Below are positions 31,582 through 43,600 of a stretch of DNA of 64,000 nt, piece by piece. Origin of the DNA: a virus (lineage: Duplodnaviria; Caudoviricetes). The DNA is taken from the IMG/VR virus record IMGVR_UViG_3300029305_001134, positions 36,080 through 100,079 of that record, one strand, 5' to 3'. A program made the translations under genes and the position numbers. A model generated the notes under the pieces. It made no database searches, had not been told where the DNA came from, and saw nothing but the letters and a program-made list of their open reading frames with translations. Each line of letters starts with the position of its first letter. Positions within the stretch are counted from its first letter, which is position 1.

Positions 31582-33497
31582 GACTAAGAGTCTGAGCAGA
31601 AATGCTTGGGCTCTTTTCTTTATATTTCCAGGAGGTGAGTACAATGACAAAAGTAATCGCTGTTGGAAAGTGTATTCGTGGAAAAGTGATATTTACTAAA
31701 ATTGTGGAGGTGGGTCGTCATGAATCGTAAGTTATATCTTGCTATGACTCGTACGAAAGAATGTCTCGAAAGATTACGTGTTATGTATGTTCAAATAGGC
31801 GAGACGTGTTATCGCAACAATGACTTTGCTGGACGTGATTATTGGAATGAACGATTCTTTCAGTTAGGTTTAGAAATCGAGAAAATTGATATGGATCTTC
31901 GAAAACTAAAAGAAGAGAGTGAATCCTAATGAGAAAACATACGGATCAATGGTATCACAATCGATTGAAAAGATATTTTGACGATTATTATAAACCGTAC
32001 GAAGAAACAGCCGAATGGTATGTAAACCCAGCGAATAACAAGTGGAAATTCAGAATACCAGAACTCAAGCTGATTATTACTCTTACTTGTAATACTAAAG
32101 GAACTGTAACAGAATCTCGAACAAAATATTAATGAGAGGATTTGATATTTATGCGTAACTCTAAAGTGTTAGAGATGCTAGAATCGAATCGTATTGAAGA
32201 ACTAAAAACCATGCTCCAAGATGAAATTTATGAAGAGTCTTTAAAAAGTAAACTGGGAGCGAAGAAACGTTACACAGCTATGAAAAAGTATTTCAAGTAC
32301 CATAGCCCAGTTCGAGAATGTTTACAAAAACCTTGTTGGATTACATTCGATGGTAAGGAATATATCTCTTTCACAAATTCTTGGTCATTGATATTTACTA
32401 CTGAGGAATGCGGAGAAATTGAGATGTTCGAGGATAAAGAGCGTTATCCTGATGTATCTCGATTGATGCATACCAGCGGAGAAGAGCGAATGATTGATAT
32501 TCATAAAGTAATAGCAGAAGCAAAGAGTATAGGATACAAATTGACCAAATCCGAAGTGACTTTTAACTATAAATATTTGATGTTATACGATGGAACTTAC
32601 TTTAAGATTGGCTTGCTCGATTCATCTTACGCTATTATTGACGACGGTAAACCAGCTGTTGCTTATCACGAATCAGGTTCACGCAGACCACTCACAATTA
32701 AGAATGATATTGGTTATTGTATGCTCATGCCTGTGAAATACGATGGAGACCCAGAAGAGAACGGAATTGTAGTTATAAAAGTCGATTGAAAGGATTGATA
32801 TTCTTGGATTTAGCATTAATATTACTTTTCGCAAGTTGTGTAATAGGTATCGCTTTATTATTACTTAATTGAAAGGAGACGAAAATGCAGGTTAGAAACA
32901 TCGATGAAGTATGCGAAGAAGCTATCGAATATTTAGACTCAGCCCATGAACGAGGTCAAAAAATCTCGCCGTGGGATATTCGAGGTTACTTTGTGGAGAT
33001 TAGAAATCTATATTTGTCAGGTGAAGATGATTTGAAATAGGAGAAAATTATGGGAGTTGTAAAATGTGAAAGTTTAGAAACTTATCGTCAAACAGCTATA
33101 ACTACCGCTAAAGAATTATTCTATGGCGAAAAAGTAATCAAAGCTATTAAAGAAGCTAAAACTGAAGGTGAAATTGTCAGAATTATGAGAACAGCAAGAC
33201 AACGTAAAAATTAAAGGAGCTGTTAATAATGAGATACGTCGATTATGTTTATGATATTATTCGATTAGACATGGACGGTTTAGATGCTGTCTATAAAGAT
33301 TATATTCTACGAGAGGTTGGAACTTATGGGTTTAACGCTTTGTATGAACATAAATTAATCGAATCTTGTGGTGTTGTAAACGGAAGACAGTTGTATGCTT
33401 TAGTGGAAAAGAAATGAATAGTTGAAATATTGGGCTGGCATCTTCGCGGTGCTGGCCTTTTATTTATATTTTTACATATTAAGAAAGGAATAGAATT

Positions 33498-34062
33498 ATG
33501 GGAAAGAAATACGAATTTACAGGGGAAACAACAAAGTTATTTTGGAATAACATTACACAGAATCAAAGCTGTTGTAAAAATTGAGCTTAGCTGGAAAACT
33601 GTTGAAATCGGTGAGCTTGGAGGATGGATCGAGAAAGAAACCAACTTATCACATGAGGGTAATGCTTGGGTCTGTGGTAATGCTAAGGTCTATGGTAATG
33701 CTTGGGTCTATGGTAATGCTGAGGTCTGTGGCAATGCTAGGGTCTATGGTAATGCTGAGGTCTGTGGCAATGCTAGGGTCTATGGCAATGCTAGGGTCTA
33801 TGGCAATGCTTGGGTCTATGACAATGCTGAGGTCCTTCGAACAGAACATTATATGGTATTTGGGCCAGCCGGAAGTAGAAATTCGTTTACAACATTCTAT
33901 CGAAATAAACAGCATGGAATTTCAGTTAAATGCGGATGTTTTGACGGAACAATTGATGAATTTGTCGCAAAAGTCGAACAAACGCATGGCGAATCTAAAC
34001 ACGCTAAGGTGTATAAGTTAGCAGTTGAATTAGCAAAAGAACAGATTAAATTGGAAGATTGA
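33498..34062 (+). pseudogene. Hexapeptide (GNAxVy) repeat beta-helix protein with an apparent +1 frameshift near 33540
   Basis: RBS + MGKKYEFTGET is in a different frame from FGITLHRIKA...LGGWIE; 18-bp tandem repeats at ~33658-33835. Confidence 0.6.
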
Positions 34063-34086
34063 TATTTTAGTAAAGGAGAAAGAATT

Positions 34087-34332
34087 ATGAAGAAAAGATT
34101 ATTAGTTATTGGTTTATTGTGTGGAGTTTTATTAACAGGTTGCGGAAATCATGCATTATTTGACACAGTTTATACTTTCGATAAGGCAATCATTAATCTC
34201 GGAAATGGTGAAGTTATCGAAGTTGATGTTAAGTCATGGGAAGATTACGAAGGTGAACAGCTCCAGATCATTGCCGAGGATGGAACTGTATATTTGACTA
34301 GCTCTTATAATTGTACGCTGATTAGGGAGTGA
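34087..34332 (+). CDS. Lipoprotein
   Basis: LLTGC lipobox. Confidence 0.75.
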   Translation: MKKRLLVIGLLCGVLLTGCGNHALFDTVYTFDKAIINLGNGEVIEVDVKSWEDYEGEQLQIIAEDGTVYLTSSYNCTLIRE

Positions 34333-34648
34333 TAGATATGAAACTATTATTATTTATATTATGGGCTATAGTTGGATGTCTTGTGATGTCTCAAAACCAA
34401 ATAGCGCATGCTCAATATGGTTTATTATTGTTTACATATTTGATAAAATTGCTTTGCGATTATATACGTGAGGGGTGACAATGGAATGAAAATTATATTT
34501 GATAACGAAAAACAAAAGGAAACTTTTATCAAAACCTGTTGTCCTTGCGATTTCGATAGAGAATACCCTGGATATAATTGTGACGATTGTGAATCTTCGA
34601 TGAATTGTGAGAAATGTTTCGAGAAATACATAGAAATGGAGGTTAAAC

Positions 34649-35113
34649 ATGATTGATATTTGTAAAATTGTAGGAAGTATTGAATTCGATAAAAAGACTT
34701 TAGATGTATATTCGTCGCTCGATGAACCTTTATTTAGAGCATCTGACGTGGCGGTTCTTATCGATTATAGTGCTAATAACGTGTGGAAAATGCTCGAAGC
34801 TTGTGAACAGGACGAAAAGCTGATACTACCAGTAGTAGTTGGAGGTCAGAGAAGAAATGTTTGCTTTGTTGATGAACGAGGACTGTACAATATTTTAGCT
34901 CAGAGCCGTAAACCAATCGCTAGAAAATGGAGACGAGTTATCTTTGACCAGCTTATTCGTATGAGAGTTGATCGTGATATGGATATTTCCGAGCAGTTTG
35001 AAGAATGGGATCACGCTCTGGATGATATTTATTGGGATGAAGAATTAGGTATGTTGATGCAGTCGGTTACCGTAGCGGGTGGAGATGTAGAGCAAATACC
35101 GTTTGAAGGGTAG
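34649..35113 (+). CDS. BRO-N domain protein
   Basis: EPLFRASDVA...GGQRR..FVDERGLY...SRKPIA. Confidence 0.85.
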   Translation: MIDICKIVGSIEFDKKTLDVYSSLDEPLFRASDVAVLIDYSANNVWKMLEACEQDEKLILPVVVGGQRRNVCFVDERGLYNILAQSRKPIARKWRRVIFDQLIRMRVDRDMDISEQFEEWDHALDDIYWDEELGMLMQSVTVAGGDVEQIPFEG

Positions 35114-35583
35114 GAGGAATAATAATGAAAGTAGAATGTAATTTCAAAGATAAGTGTTATACTGCTAGAACAAATCCTAAAAAGTGTGAAAAATGCAGTC
35201 ATAATACAATGCGAAATTATATAGAAGATTATTTTATTGAAGCCAAAGATAACCCAATACCAGATAAATGTCCTAAATTGACATACAATGGTCCTGCCGA
35301 ACAAACCAGCGGTTATAAATGTCCTGTGTGTGGAGGTTTTACCAATCCTTACGCGATGCGTGATAATTTATGTGGGTGTTGCGGATATCGATTGAACGTT
35401 TGATAGGAGGAAGAAGAATGAAAATTATATTTGATGATGAAAAAGAAAAAGACCTATTCGTACGAAAATTATGTCCACTTGACGTATTGAATGAAGCTGA
35501 TGAGATTTGTTATGCGTACGAAGGCTCTCCTGATAAATGTGAAGAATGCTGGGAGAAGAATATTGGGATGGAGGTAAAGAAAG

Positions 35584-36576
35584 ATGTTGAAGATTGAAAA
35601 TGCTGAAGTGGTAGGTTTTAATCCTGCGATTAGAGGTATGAGGAATCCGAAGAACAGCCACGATAGAATGGATAGTAAAGAGTGTATTGATAACTGTGAT
35701 GACTGTGATAATTTCTCAATCTGCAATACAAATTACGCACCGTATTTCAGGAATTTTTGGGTTGGCGGGCCTATCGATAATAATTATGCTATCGGTCCAA
35801 ACGATCACAGACTCATGACATCACTCGCTAAAGGTGGACCGGTTCATGCGAAATATCGAAGAATGATTGTTGTATATCTTGACATTACAGCCCCTTTATA
35901 TTGGTGGAAAGAATTCGATACATATAAGTTAGGTACAGTAGCGAATAGTTGTTCCACAATGCATAAGATTCATGCTAAAGAATTTGAATTAAGTGATTTT
36001 TCTATAGATAGAATGACTTCTGCACGTGCTACTCAGCTCATGTTAGACACTGTTGATGAACTTAACGAACAGCGTAAATTACATAATAACACCTCAGATT
36101 CTAGAATCAAGAAAGTACACTTCAATAATATGATTCAGCTCCTTCCTTCCTCTTACAATCAGAAAAGAACCGTTATGTTAAACTACGAGGTTCTCCACAA
36201 TATTTATTTCTCCCGCAAAGACCATAAGCTGACCGAGTGGCATACCCTCTGCGATTGGATTGAAACCCTCCCTTATTCAGAACTCATTACAACCCCAATG
36301 AAAAATTCCAATATCGAAATTGAAGATGCTATTAAAGTTCTCCAGGATGCTGGATTTATAGTTGTAAAAGAAGATAAAGCAGAAGATGTATTTGACGACG
36401 ATGAAGTTATAAATATCAACGTTGTATTTGATCCAGCTTGTGAGGGTTGCAAATATACATCCGGTGCTACACTTAAAGAACATATCAGTATTTGTGGTAA
36501 GTGTTATAGAGTAATGACCGAAAAATACAAACATCTAGGTACGGACAACTACACCCCACAGGAGGACACCAAATAA
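35584..36576 (+). CDS. ThyX-like flavin-dependent thymidylate synthase homolog
   Basis: APLYWWKEFDTYK, SCSTMH, LLPSSY, RKDHKLTEW; located in the nucleotide metabolism block. Confidence 0.55.
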   Translation: MLKIENAEVVGFNPAIRGMRNPKNSHDRMDSKECIDNCDDCDNFSICNTNYAPYFRNFWVGGPIDNNYAIGPNDHRLMTSLAKGGPVHAKYRRMIVVYLDITAPLYWWKEFDTYKLGTVANSCSTMHKIHAKEFELSDFSIDRMTSARATQLMLDTVDELNEQRKLHNNTSDSRIKKVHFNNMIQLLPSSYNQKRTVMLNYEVLHNIYFSRKDHKLTEWHTLCDWIETLPYSELITTPMKNSNIEIEDAIKVLQDAGFIVVKEDKAEDVFDDDEVININVVFDPACEGCKYTSGATLKEHISICGKCYRVMTEKYKHLGTDNYTPQEDTK

Positions 36577-37136
36577 TGCGATATCACAATATTACGACTG
36601 ACAATTTACTCAACGGCGATGGACTTAGAGTCGTATTATGGGTGGCTGGTTGTGAGCATCATTGTAAAAATTGCCAGAACCCAATTACATGGAATCCTGA
36701 AGGTGGAATAGAATTCGACACAAAATCCCTCCACGAATTGTATGGATATTTAGAGAAACCTTATATCGATGGGATTACTTTCTCAGGAGGAGATCCACTG
36801 CATCCAGATAACAGAGACTATATTTTCGCTTTGGCTGAAATCGTAAAAAGAAAGTATAAGAAAACTGTTTGGCTGTATACAGGTTACGAATGGGAAGAAA
36901 TAGTGAAGTTCATACATAAAGATTTACTTAAACGAATTGATATTCTCGTAGATGGTAAATTCGTAGAGGAATTGAAAGATGTTACTTATCACTGGGCTGG
37001 TAGCACAAATCAGCGAGTAATTGATGTACAAAAATCGTTGGAAACCGGTGAAGTAGTATTACATAAAAACCCAGAAATGTACGATAAGGATTACCATTTC
37101 GAACTTAGTAACTATAATTGCGGATGTGATAGTTAA
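36576..37136 (+). CDS. nrdG: Anaerobic ribonucleotide reductase activase
   Basis: NGDGLR, CEHHCKNC radical SAM motif, SGGDP, GSTNQRVID. Confidence 0.92.
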   Translation: MRYHNITTDNLLNGDGLRVVLWVAGCEHHCKNCQNPITWNPEGGIEFDTKSLHELYGYLEKPYIDGITFSGGDPLHPDNRDYIFALAEIVKRKYKKTVWLYTGYEWEEIVKFIHKDLLKRIDILVDGKFVEELKDVTYHWAGSTNQRVIDVQKSLETGEVVLHKNPEMYDKDYHFELSNYNCGCDS

Positions 37137-37181
37137 GGTCGCGCAAAAAACATTCTTTATTATAGAAAGGATGGTGATTAT

Positions 37182-37457
37182 ATGACAATTGAAGAATTTA
37201 CGAAGGTATATTATCCAGCGAAATATGAACTTGAAAGATACGCGCTCGAAAAACTTTGTCATGATGTATGCGGAAGAAAGAATGTAACTATTCGCAATGT
37301 CTTATTAAGAGGAGGTATTACGAGTATTAGCAAACTCTATGAAACTAGTGATGAAGATTTATTAAAGTTGCGTAATGTCGGTTCAATTAATCTGGAGTTA
37401 ATACACAAAATGAAAGATCGGATAAGACATAACTTAGAGAAAGGGTCTCAGTATTGA
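37182..37457 (+). CDS. Cassette protein resembling RNA polymerase alpha C-terminal domain
   Basis: RNVLLRGGITSISKL...DEDLLKLRNVG vs RpoA NCLKRAGI.TV.DL...EEDL.K.RNLG. Confidence 0.7.
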   Translation: MTIEEFTKVYYPAKYELERYALEKLCHDVCGRKNVTIRNVLLRGGITSISKLYETSDEDLLKLRNVGSINLELIHKMKDRIRHNLEKGSQY

Positions 37458-38080
37458 GGCTCTTCTTTTTATTTCAAGAAAGGAATAACACATATGTCAA
37501 CAAGAGCAGAATTAAGAAGAGCTCAAAAACAAGATAAGAAAGCTAAGACGGCTACTTATAATTTCACACAAGCCCAGTTAGATGCGGTTATTAAAGAATA
37601 CTTAGACAAATATATCGATCAAATTCAGGAGGCGGCTGCTCACGATGCTATGGGTAGCGCTCTTGAACTTATGCTTTATATTCCTATGAAAACTTTAATG
37701 GAGCATTACTGGCCGAAAACATACGAAAAGAAATTACCAGACTTCACAAAACACATGCTCGAATATTACAACCAGTGGGAAAATAACGAGTTTGATATGG
37801 ACGAGATGAGACAGGTTTTGTGGGATACTTGTGGATTTAAGATTGAGAAAGATGAGGGCTCCGATGAGAAAACTAGTTGAGTATTTTAGATCTGTATTTT
37901 GCAAACATGAATATGAGTTATTGGATAAATCGGAAGTGTATGCTGTAAGCGACATTGGAAGAGTTACAAATGAAGGTATACCGGTCTATAGACAATGGAC
38001 TTATATGTGCAAGAAATGCGGTTATGTGAAGATCGTAAGAACTAATCAAAAATAAAAGGAGAAATAAAAGGAGAAATAAA

Positions 38081-38419
38081 ATGAGATTAACAATGAACGA
38101 ATATCAGAAATTAGCAGCAAGAACTATTAATGAAAAATTAACACCTCGTAAAATGGAAGACCACGCAAAATGTGGAATGGTTGGTGAGATTGGAGAGATT
38201 AATAGTATCTATCAGAAAGTGTATCAGGAACATCCAATCGATTATTATCACATTAAAAAAGAACTTGGTGATTTGCTTTGGTTTATCGCTGAGTACTGTA
38301 CTGCTATGAATTGGGAATTAGGTGATGTAGCTCAGATGAACATCGATAAATTACGAGCTAGATATCCTGAAGGTTTTGAGACGGAAAGAAGCTTACATAG
38401 AGCAGAAGGAGATATTTAA
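38081..38419 (+). CDS. MazG-like NTP pyrophosphohydrolase
   Basis: EYQKLAART, GEIGE, ELGDLLW, NIDKLRARYP. Confidence 0.9.
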   Translation: MRLTMNEYQKLAARTINEKLTPRKMEDHAKCGMVGEIGEINSIYQKVYQEHPIDYYHIKKELGDLLWFIAEYCTAMNWELGDVAQMNIDKLRARYPEGFETERSLHRAEGDI

Positions 38420-39221
38420 GATATGTATGACGTATTAATAGGTTTAGGAATTGCACTCGCTATATTCACATATTTGGGTATCGGATTAGCACTCAGTATA
38501 TTTATTGACGCCGATGAGCTAGAAACGATTGTGCTATATCTCGTATGGCCGCTGTATGTGACTTTGGTATTGTTTATCTTATTCTTCTACGGCTGCTATC
38601 GAATGGGTGTGTTTGTCAAATCGAGAGTTTACCGTAGACAAAGATATTTAGAAAGGAGGAGAAAACAGAAAACGAAATGAAAAAGTGTTGCGAGAATTGT
38701 TACTTTGGCGAATTGATATTTAAGAGGTTTGGTTTTTATCGTTGTAAACCAACTAATAAAATTCGTCGTGGTAACAAGAAAAGAAGGTGTCCATTATTTT
38801 GGGCGGAATATAGTTTATAAGGAGAACGGGGTTAGATGAACAAAGTATGTAAAGTGAAACCGACGAGATGTCCTATTTGTATTGCTGCTGATAAAAATTA
38901 CGATATGAGTTACGACTGCGAGAAATGTAAAGAAAACAACGTAGTCTACGAATTGATATCTGTTGGACATACCGATTTAGATGGCGATTGGGCGATGGTT
39001 CTGAAAGATGGTATTATTCGTAGAGTTGAATTAAGTAGGGTTTGGGATGTGAAAGAATTCTTCGGGCATTGTACTAGTGGATATTTACAACCGTTACATA
39101 GTGATTTTAGAATTCCAGAATGTGTTACGACAACAGCAAGTACTCAGCGATAAACCTATAATGATCGACGGTGTAACTGGAAAAATCAAATGATATTCGC
39201 GTAAAATACATGATCTATTAT

Positions 39222-39324
39222 GAAAGAAAGAGAAAATAACTGAAATGAAACTGGCAACAGTGGACAAGTTAAAATGTAAGATGTGAGCGACAGTGACGAC
39301 CCAGACTCACACTCTCTTTCTTTT
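39222..39324 (+). ncRNA. Putative ~100-nt RNA (sRNA 5)
   Basis: AAAGAAAGAGA (39223)/TCTCTTTCTTT (39313) perfect 11-bp closing stem; ACTG-GCAA-CAGT tetraloop; GTGAG/CTCAC stem. Confidence 0.7.
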
Positions 39325-39359
39325 CCATTTATATTTTAAGTTAAGAAAGGAAAAGAAGT

Positions 39360-40667
39360 ATGTATAGTGCGTATATTACAACAATTAAGGGGCTTAGAAA
39401 ACATAGCAACGCAGATAGATTACAGTGTGTATCTATCTTTGGTAACAATGTGATTGTAGATTTGTCTTATAAGGAAGGTCAAAGAGTTATATTCTTCCCT
39501 ACCGATGGACAATTGAGTGAAGATTTTGCGACCCGTAATAACTTGGTTCGTAAGAAGGATGATACAGGGAATAGTGTTGGTGGATATTTAGACCCAGATA
39601 AAAGAAATATAACTGCGTTGAAATTACGTGGAGAAAAATCCGAAGGTTTAGTATTACCTATCGAAGTATTAGGAGTATATACGAATATTTCTAATCTTAA
39701 AGATGGAGATCAGATCACTGTTCTTAACGGACACGAAATTTGTAGAAAGTATATTCCTAAAGCAGATAAACCAAGTAACAAACATAATTCCTCAAACGGT
39801 AATAAAAAACGAAGTAAATCCGCAAATAACTCCATTACATATCCTCATTTCGCTGAACATAGTGATACAGCTCAGTTAGCATATAATCGAAACGCATTCA
39901 AAGAAGGTGATATCTGTTATATTACTTTGAAAATGCACGGTACATCAGCTCGTACTGCTAACACTGTTCTGATTACAAAGAAAAAAGCTCCTGCGTTCTT
40001 GAAAAAGATATTCCATGTCAAAGACAAAGAGACTATTACTTATAACTCAGTTAGCGGTACTAGACGTACAACTATCAATAATTTCGATGGTAATGGATAT
40101 CATGGTACTAACGCGTTTCGTCAGCCATATCACGATTTCTTTAAAGACAAATTGCCAAAGGGTATGGAAATCTTTTACGAGATTGTTGGTTGGGTTAACG
40201 AAGAAAAAACGATTATAGGACGTTGTTCTAACAAGTTAGTCAAAGATAAAGAATTCACAAAATTATACGGTAAAGAAACTGTATTTTCTTATGGATGTGA
40301 AGTAGGTCAAAACGATTGTTATGTTTATAGAATGACGATGACTAATCCTGATGGTTATGTAGTTGAACTTCCATGGGAACAGGTCATGTTAGAGTGTGAA
40401 AGAATGGGTGTTAAATGTGTACCATCATTCGAAAGATTCATATTTACAACATGGGATGATTTGATGGAAAGAGTAGAGAAATACTGTGATGGTACTGATC
40501 CTATTGGTAAAAATCATATTCGAGAAGGTGTTGTTGTTCGTATCGATAATCGTTCTAAATTCACAGCTTACAAACATAAAAACTTCTATTTCAAAGTACT
40601 TGAAGGCATTATTAAGGATACTTCAGACGTACCTGACATGGAAGAAGCTGAAGAATTGTTGGCTTGA
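39360..40667 (+). CDS. ATP-dependent RNA ligase (Rnl2/DRB0094-like)
   Basis: HSNADRL N-domain, LRGEKSEG, KMHG adenylation motif, EGVVVR, YKHK. Confidence 0.82.
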   Translation: MYSAYITTIKGLRKHSNADRLQCVSIFGNNVIVDLSYKEGQRVIFFPTDGQLSEDFATRNNLVRKKDDTGNSVGGYLDPDKRNITALKLRGEKSEGLVLPIEVLGVYTNISNLKDGDQITVLNGHEICRKYIPKADKPSNKHNSSNGNKKRSKSANNSITYPHFAEHSDTAQLAYNRNAFKEGDICYITLKMHGTSARTANTVLITKKKAPAFLKKIFHVKDKETITYNSVSGTRRTTINNFDGNGYHGTNAFRQPYHDFFKDKLPKGMEIFYEIVGWVNEEKTIIGRCSNKLVKDKEFTKLYGKETVFSYGCEVGQNDCYVYRMTMTNPDGYVVELPWEQVMLECERMGVKCVPSFERFIFTTWDDLMERVEKYCDGTDPIGKNHIREGVVVRIDNRSKFTAYKHKNFYFKVLEGIIKDTSDVPDMEEAEELLA

Positions 40668-43600
40668 TTGATATTTAAAGTGTGGGGTGTGGCGAGGAAA
40701 CTTGCTGCACCTCTTTGTTTAGAGAAAGGAAAACAATTATGACTCAAAAGATATTTATAACTAATTTTCGTAAACAAGTAAAAATACTACATGATGCAGA
40801 TTCAGAAAGATTAGAACAAAAAGTTAATGAATTTTTAGAAATATATGGCGACGCCATTATCGATATTAAATATCAGGCAAATGGGGAACATTATCCTACC
40901 AATTATAGTGTAATGATATTTTATCGTATTTAAGAAAGGAGAAGTAATGGGTACATTAGAAGAATTACCAACACTCGAATGTCCGGATGATCTATGCGAA
41001 TGTGAAAGCGAGACGATTTATTTGAGACGAGTATCAGCAGAAGAATACAGTTTCAATTTCAAGATTAGAACGATGTCTAACAACTGGTTACGATTACATA
41101 ATTTTAAGCCGCGAAGAATGAGATCTTATCATAAGGCGTTAGAAATGGACTGGAACCACATGCTTATGAATTATGAATGCAAACTATATTTCTTCAATCA
41201 CACTAATGGTAATGGCACTATTTATATTATGGAGGAGTGAAATATGATAAAAACAGGAGTAATGGCAACGTGTGATCGATGCGGTAAAAACGAATTTTTT
41301 AAAGACGATTTGGGTATATCCTCAGCCACTTTATACAACTGTAGCGGATGGGGTCCTATAGGAACTAAAAATGTTTGCCCAGAGTGTTACGACGAATACA
41401 ATGAACGCAGGCATAAAATGGATGAAGAATATTGGGATTATAGAAAGGAGGAAAAGCATGATATTTAACTTTTGGAGACCGTATCCATTAATGAAACCCA
41501 AACGAGATGGATGGTATCAGTGTACTATTCGCCATGGTGAAAATATGGAGAAGGCTTATGTAACTGATTTATTGTATAAGGTGAGATTGGACAGATGGAT
41601 CGATGTTCACCGCCAGAATGTGTTTGAAGGGTACAAGGTTTATAAAGGACATAAAGAAACGACTGAAGAGAATCGTGTGTATACCGACAAATTATGTAAT
41701 AGAGATTCTGTTGTGGCGTGGAAGAAGCTGCCTAGAGTTTATAAGGGAGGGAAGAGATGATTGTTTTATACGTAGTATTATATTTATGCGCTGGGGTTTT
41801 GTTTTGGACTATAACAAACGATGCATTAGAAATGTGGTGGGCCTCACCGATTAGAAAAATTTTCGCACCATTATTATGGCCGGTAACTATGGTTTTCGTT
41901 ATATTCTTTGGTGTTTATTATATCGTAAGAGATTGGGTTAAAGAAGTTAGAGATTATTATTCGAATGATGAGGAGGATTGATATGAGTAAAACGCCTTAT
42001 ATAATCGATATTCCAGCGGATGGTAACTGTATATACATACTCGGATATAAAATCGATGGTTTTGAAAGTTTCGAACAGTTTCTGGAATATCTAAATAACT
42101 ATCAAAAGTTAGAAAAAAGATGCAATAGATTGAAAGATTATATTACTAGCAAAGATACCATCGATGAATTATCAGAGGGGTGTTTACGAAACAAGCTTAC
42201 TCCGAACGATGTTCGATGGTTACTTGGTTATGATGAAATGCAGAAAAAGGAGGATTGATATTTATGGAAGCAAAAGATTTAAGTAAACAGAAATATATTT
42301 ACAAAGTATACACGAATGATAATCACGAGATTCATTGCGAGAAGTATCCTGTGGTTTATGCGAATAAAGAGCGTGTGTATTTTAAAGACAGCGGTCCTGA
42401 CTTAGACTCCACGATAACTTCAAACATTCGTGATGAATTAACGGTAAATGATATTGTTAATTGGAGAACGTTTTACTGGAAAGTCGATGAGAGTCTTATT
42501 AGCGATTTACAACGTAATTATAGAATTAATAAAATGAGATCAGATCTTAAAGTATTAGCTGGACAAGTGACTCGAACTGCGTACAACTATCAGCAAGTAA
42601 TCGCCGCTTATAATAAAATGGCGGAAGCACTCAAGAAACTGGAGGCAGAAAATGAAGAATCAAAACTGCTTTAATTGTCAACTATCTGAGAAATGTCATA
42701 TGCGATATCGAGAAATTGATACACATCACCAAAGATACAATAGGATACCGGGTTGTCCTGTTGATTATATCGAAAAATTTGAATTGAAAGAAAAGGAGAA
42801 AGAAAATGGATTTAGGAGCTTATGCACACATTTATGAACTGGATAAAATCGCCAAAAAGAATGGTATTGACGTACCGAGACTAAGAGGTTATCGATTAAT
42901 GAAAGACGAGGAACCTGTTAGCGAAGAAGAAATTAAAGAAACGGAGAAAAGCGTTGCTATTAGTACGGTGAAAAATTTATGCGAAGCCGAGCCTTTCTGG
43001 AGTTCTAAACCTGATTGGTACGTTTCTAGTAGATGGACTAGCTATTTGAAAGACTACTATCTCGTTAAGGATTCCGAGGGCGAGTATATTGATATTCGTT
43101 GGGATAGAATTCATGGTAAGAAACGAAAGATTCTGAAATTTGAAATAAAGAAAGAAAAACGTAGAATTCGTAAGCAGTGGGAGATGTGGAATAAATACGC
43201 TGGACAAGAGGGCGTACTTTATATTCATTCAAGAATTGGCGGTAATAACTGGAATTATTATAATGGACCTGAAAAAGTAGAAAAACAGCCTTGGTTCCTG
43301 GATAGAGTAGATGACCAATTCGATAGTACCTATTGTGATATTTATGCAAAAATTAATGTGGAATAAAGAAAAGGAGAAAGATTATGAGTAAAGCTGTATT
43401 AGTGTTGGAAAGAATGCCAAAAAGTTGTGACGAATGTTATTGCTACAATTCGAAATGTGGGGTTTGTGGCCCTGCGAATAAGGAAGTAAGTGTGGAAGAA
43501 ACTGTCGAGAAACGTCCTGAGTGGTGTCAGTTGAAAGAAGTTGTAGAGGGGTAATATTATGAATAACGATAGTACATATAATAACAAAATTCTAGATGCT

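Noticed and set aside
33581-34021. Alternative-frame repeat ORFs (MLGSMV / IDPSI)
   Set aside because: Shadows of the 18-bp tandem repeat
39265-39275. CAAGTTAAAAT match to SpCas9 tracrRNA
   Set aside because: Only 11 AT-rich nt with no anti-repeat or nexus context; likely chance
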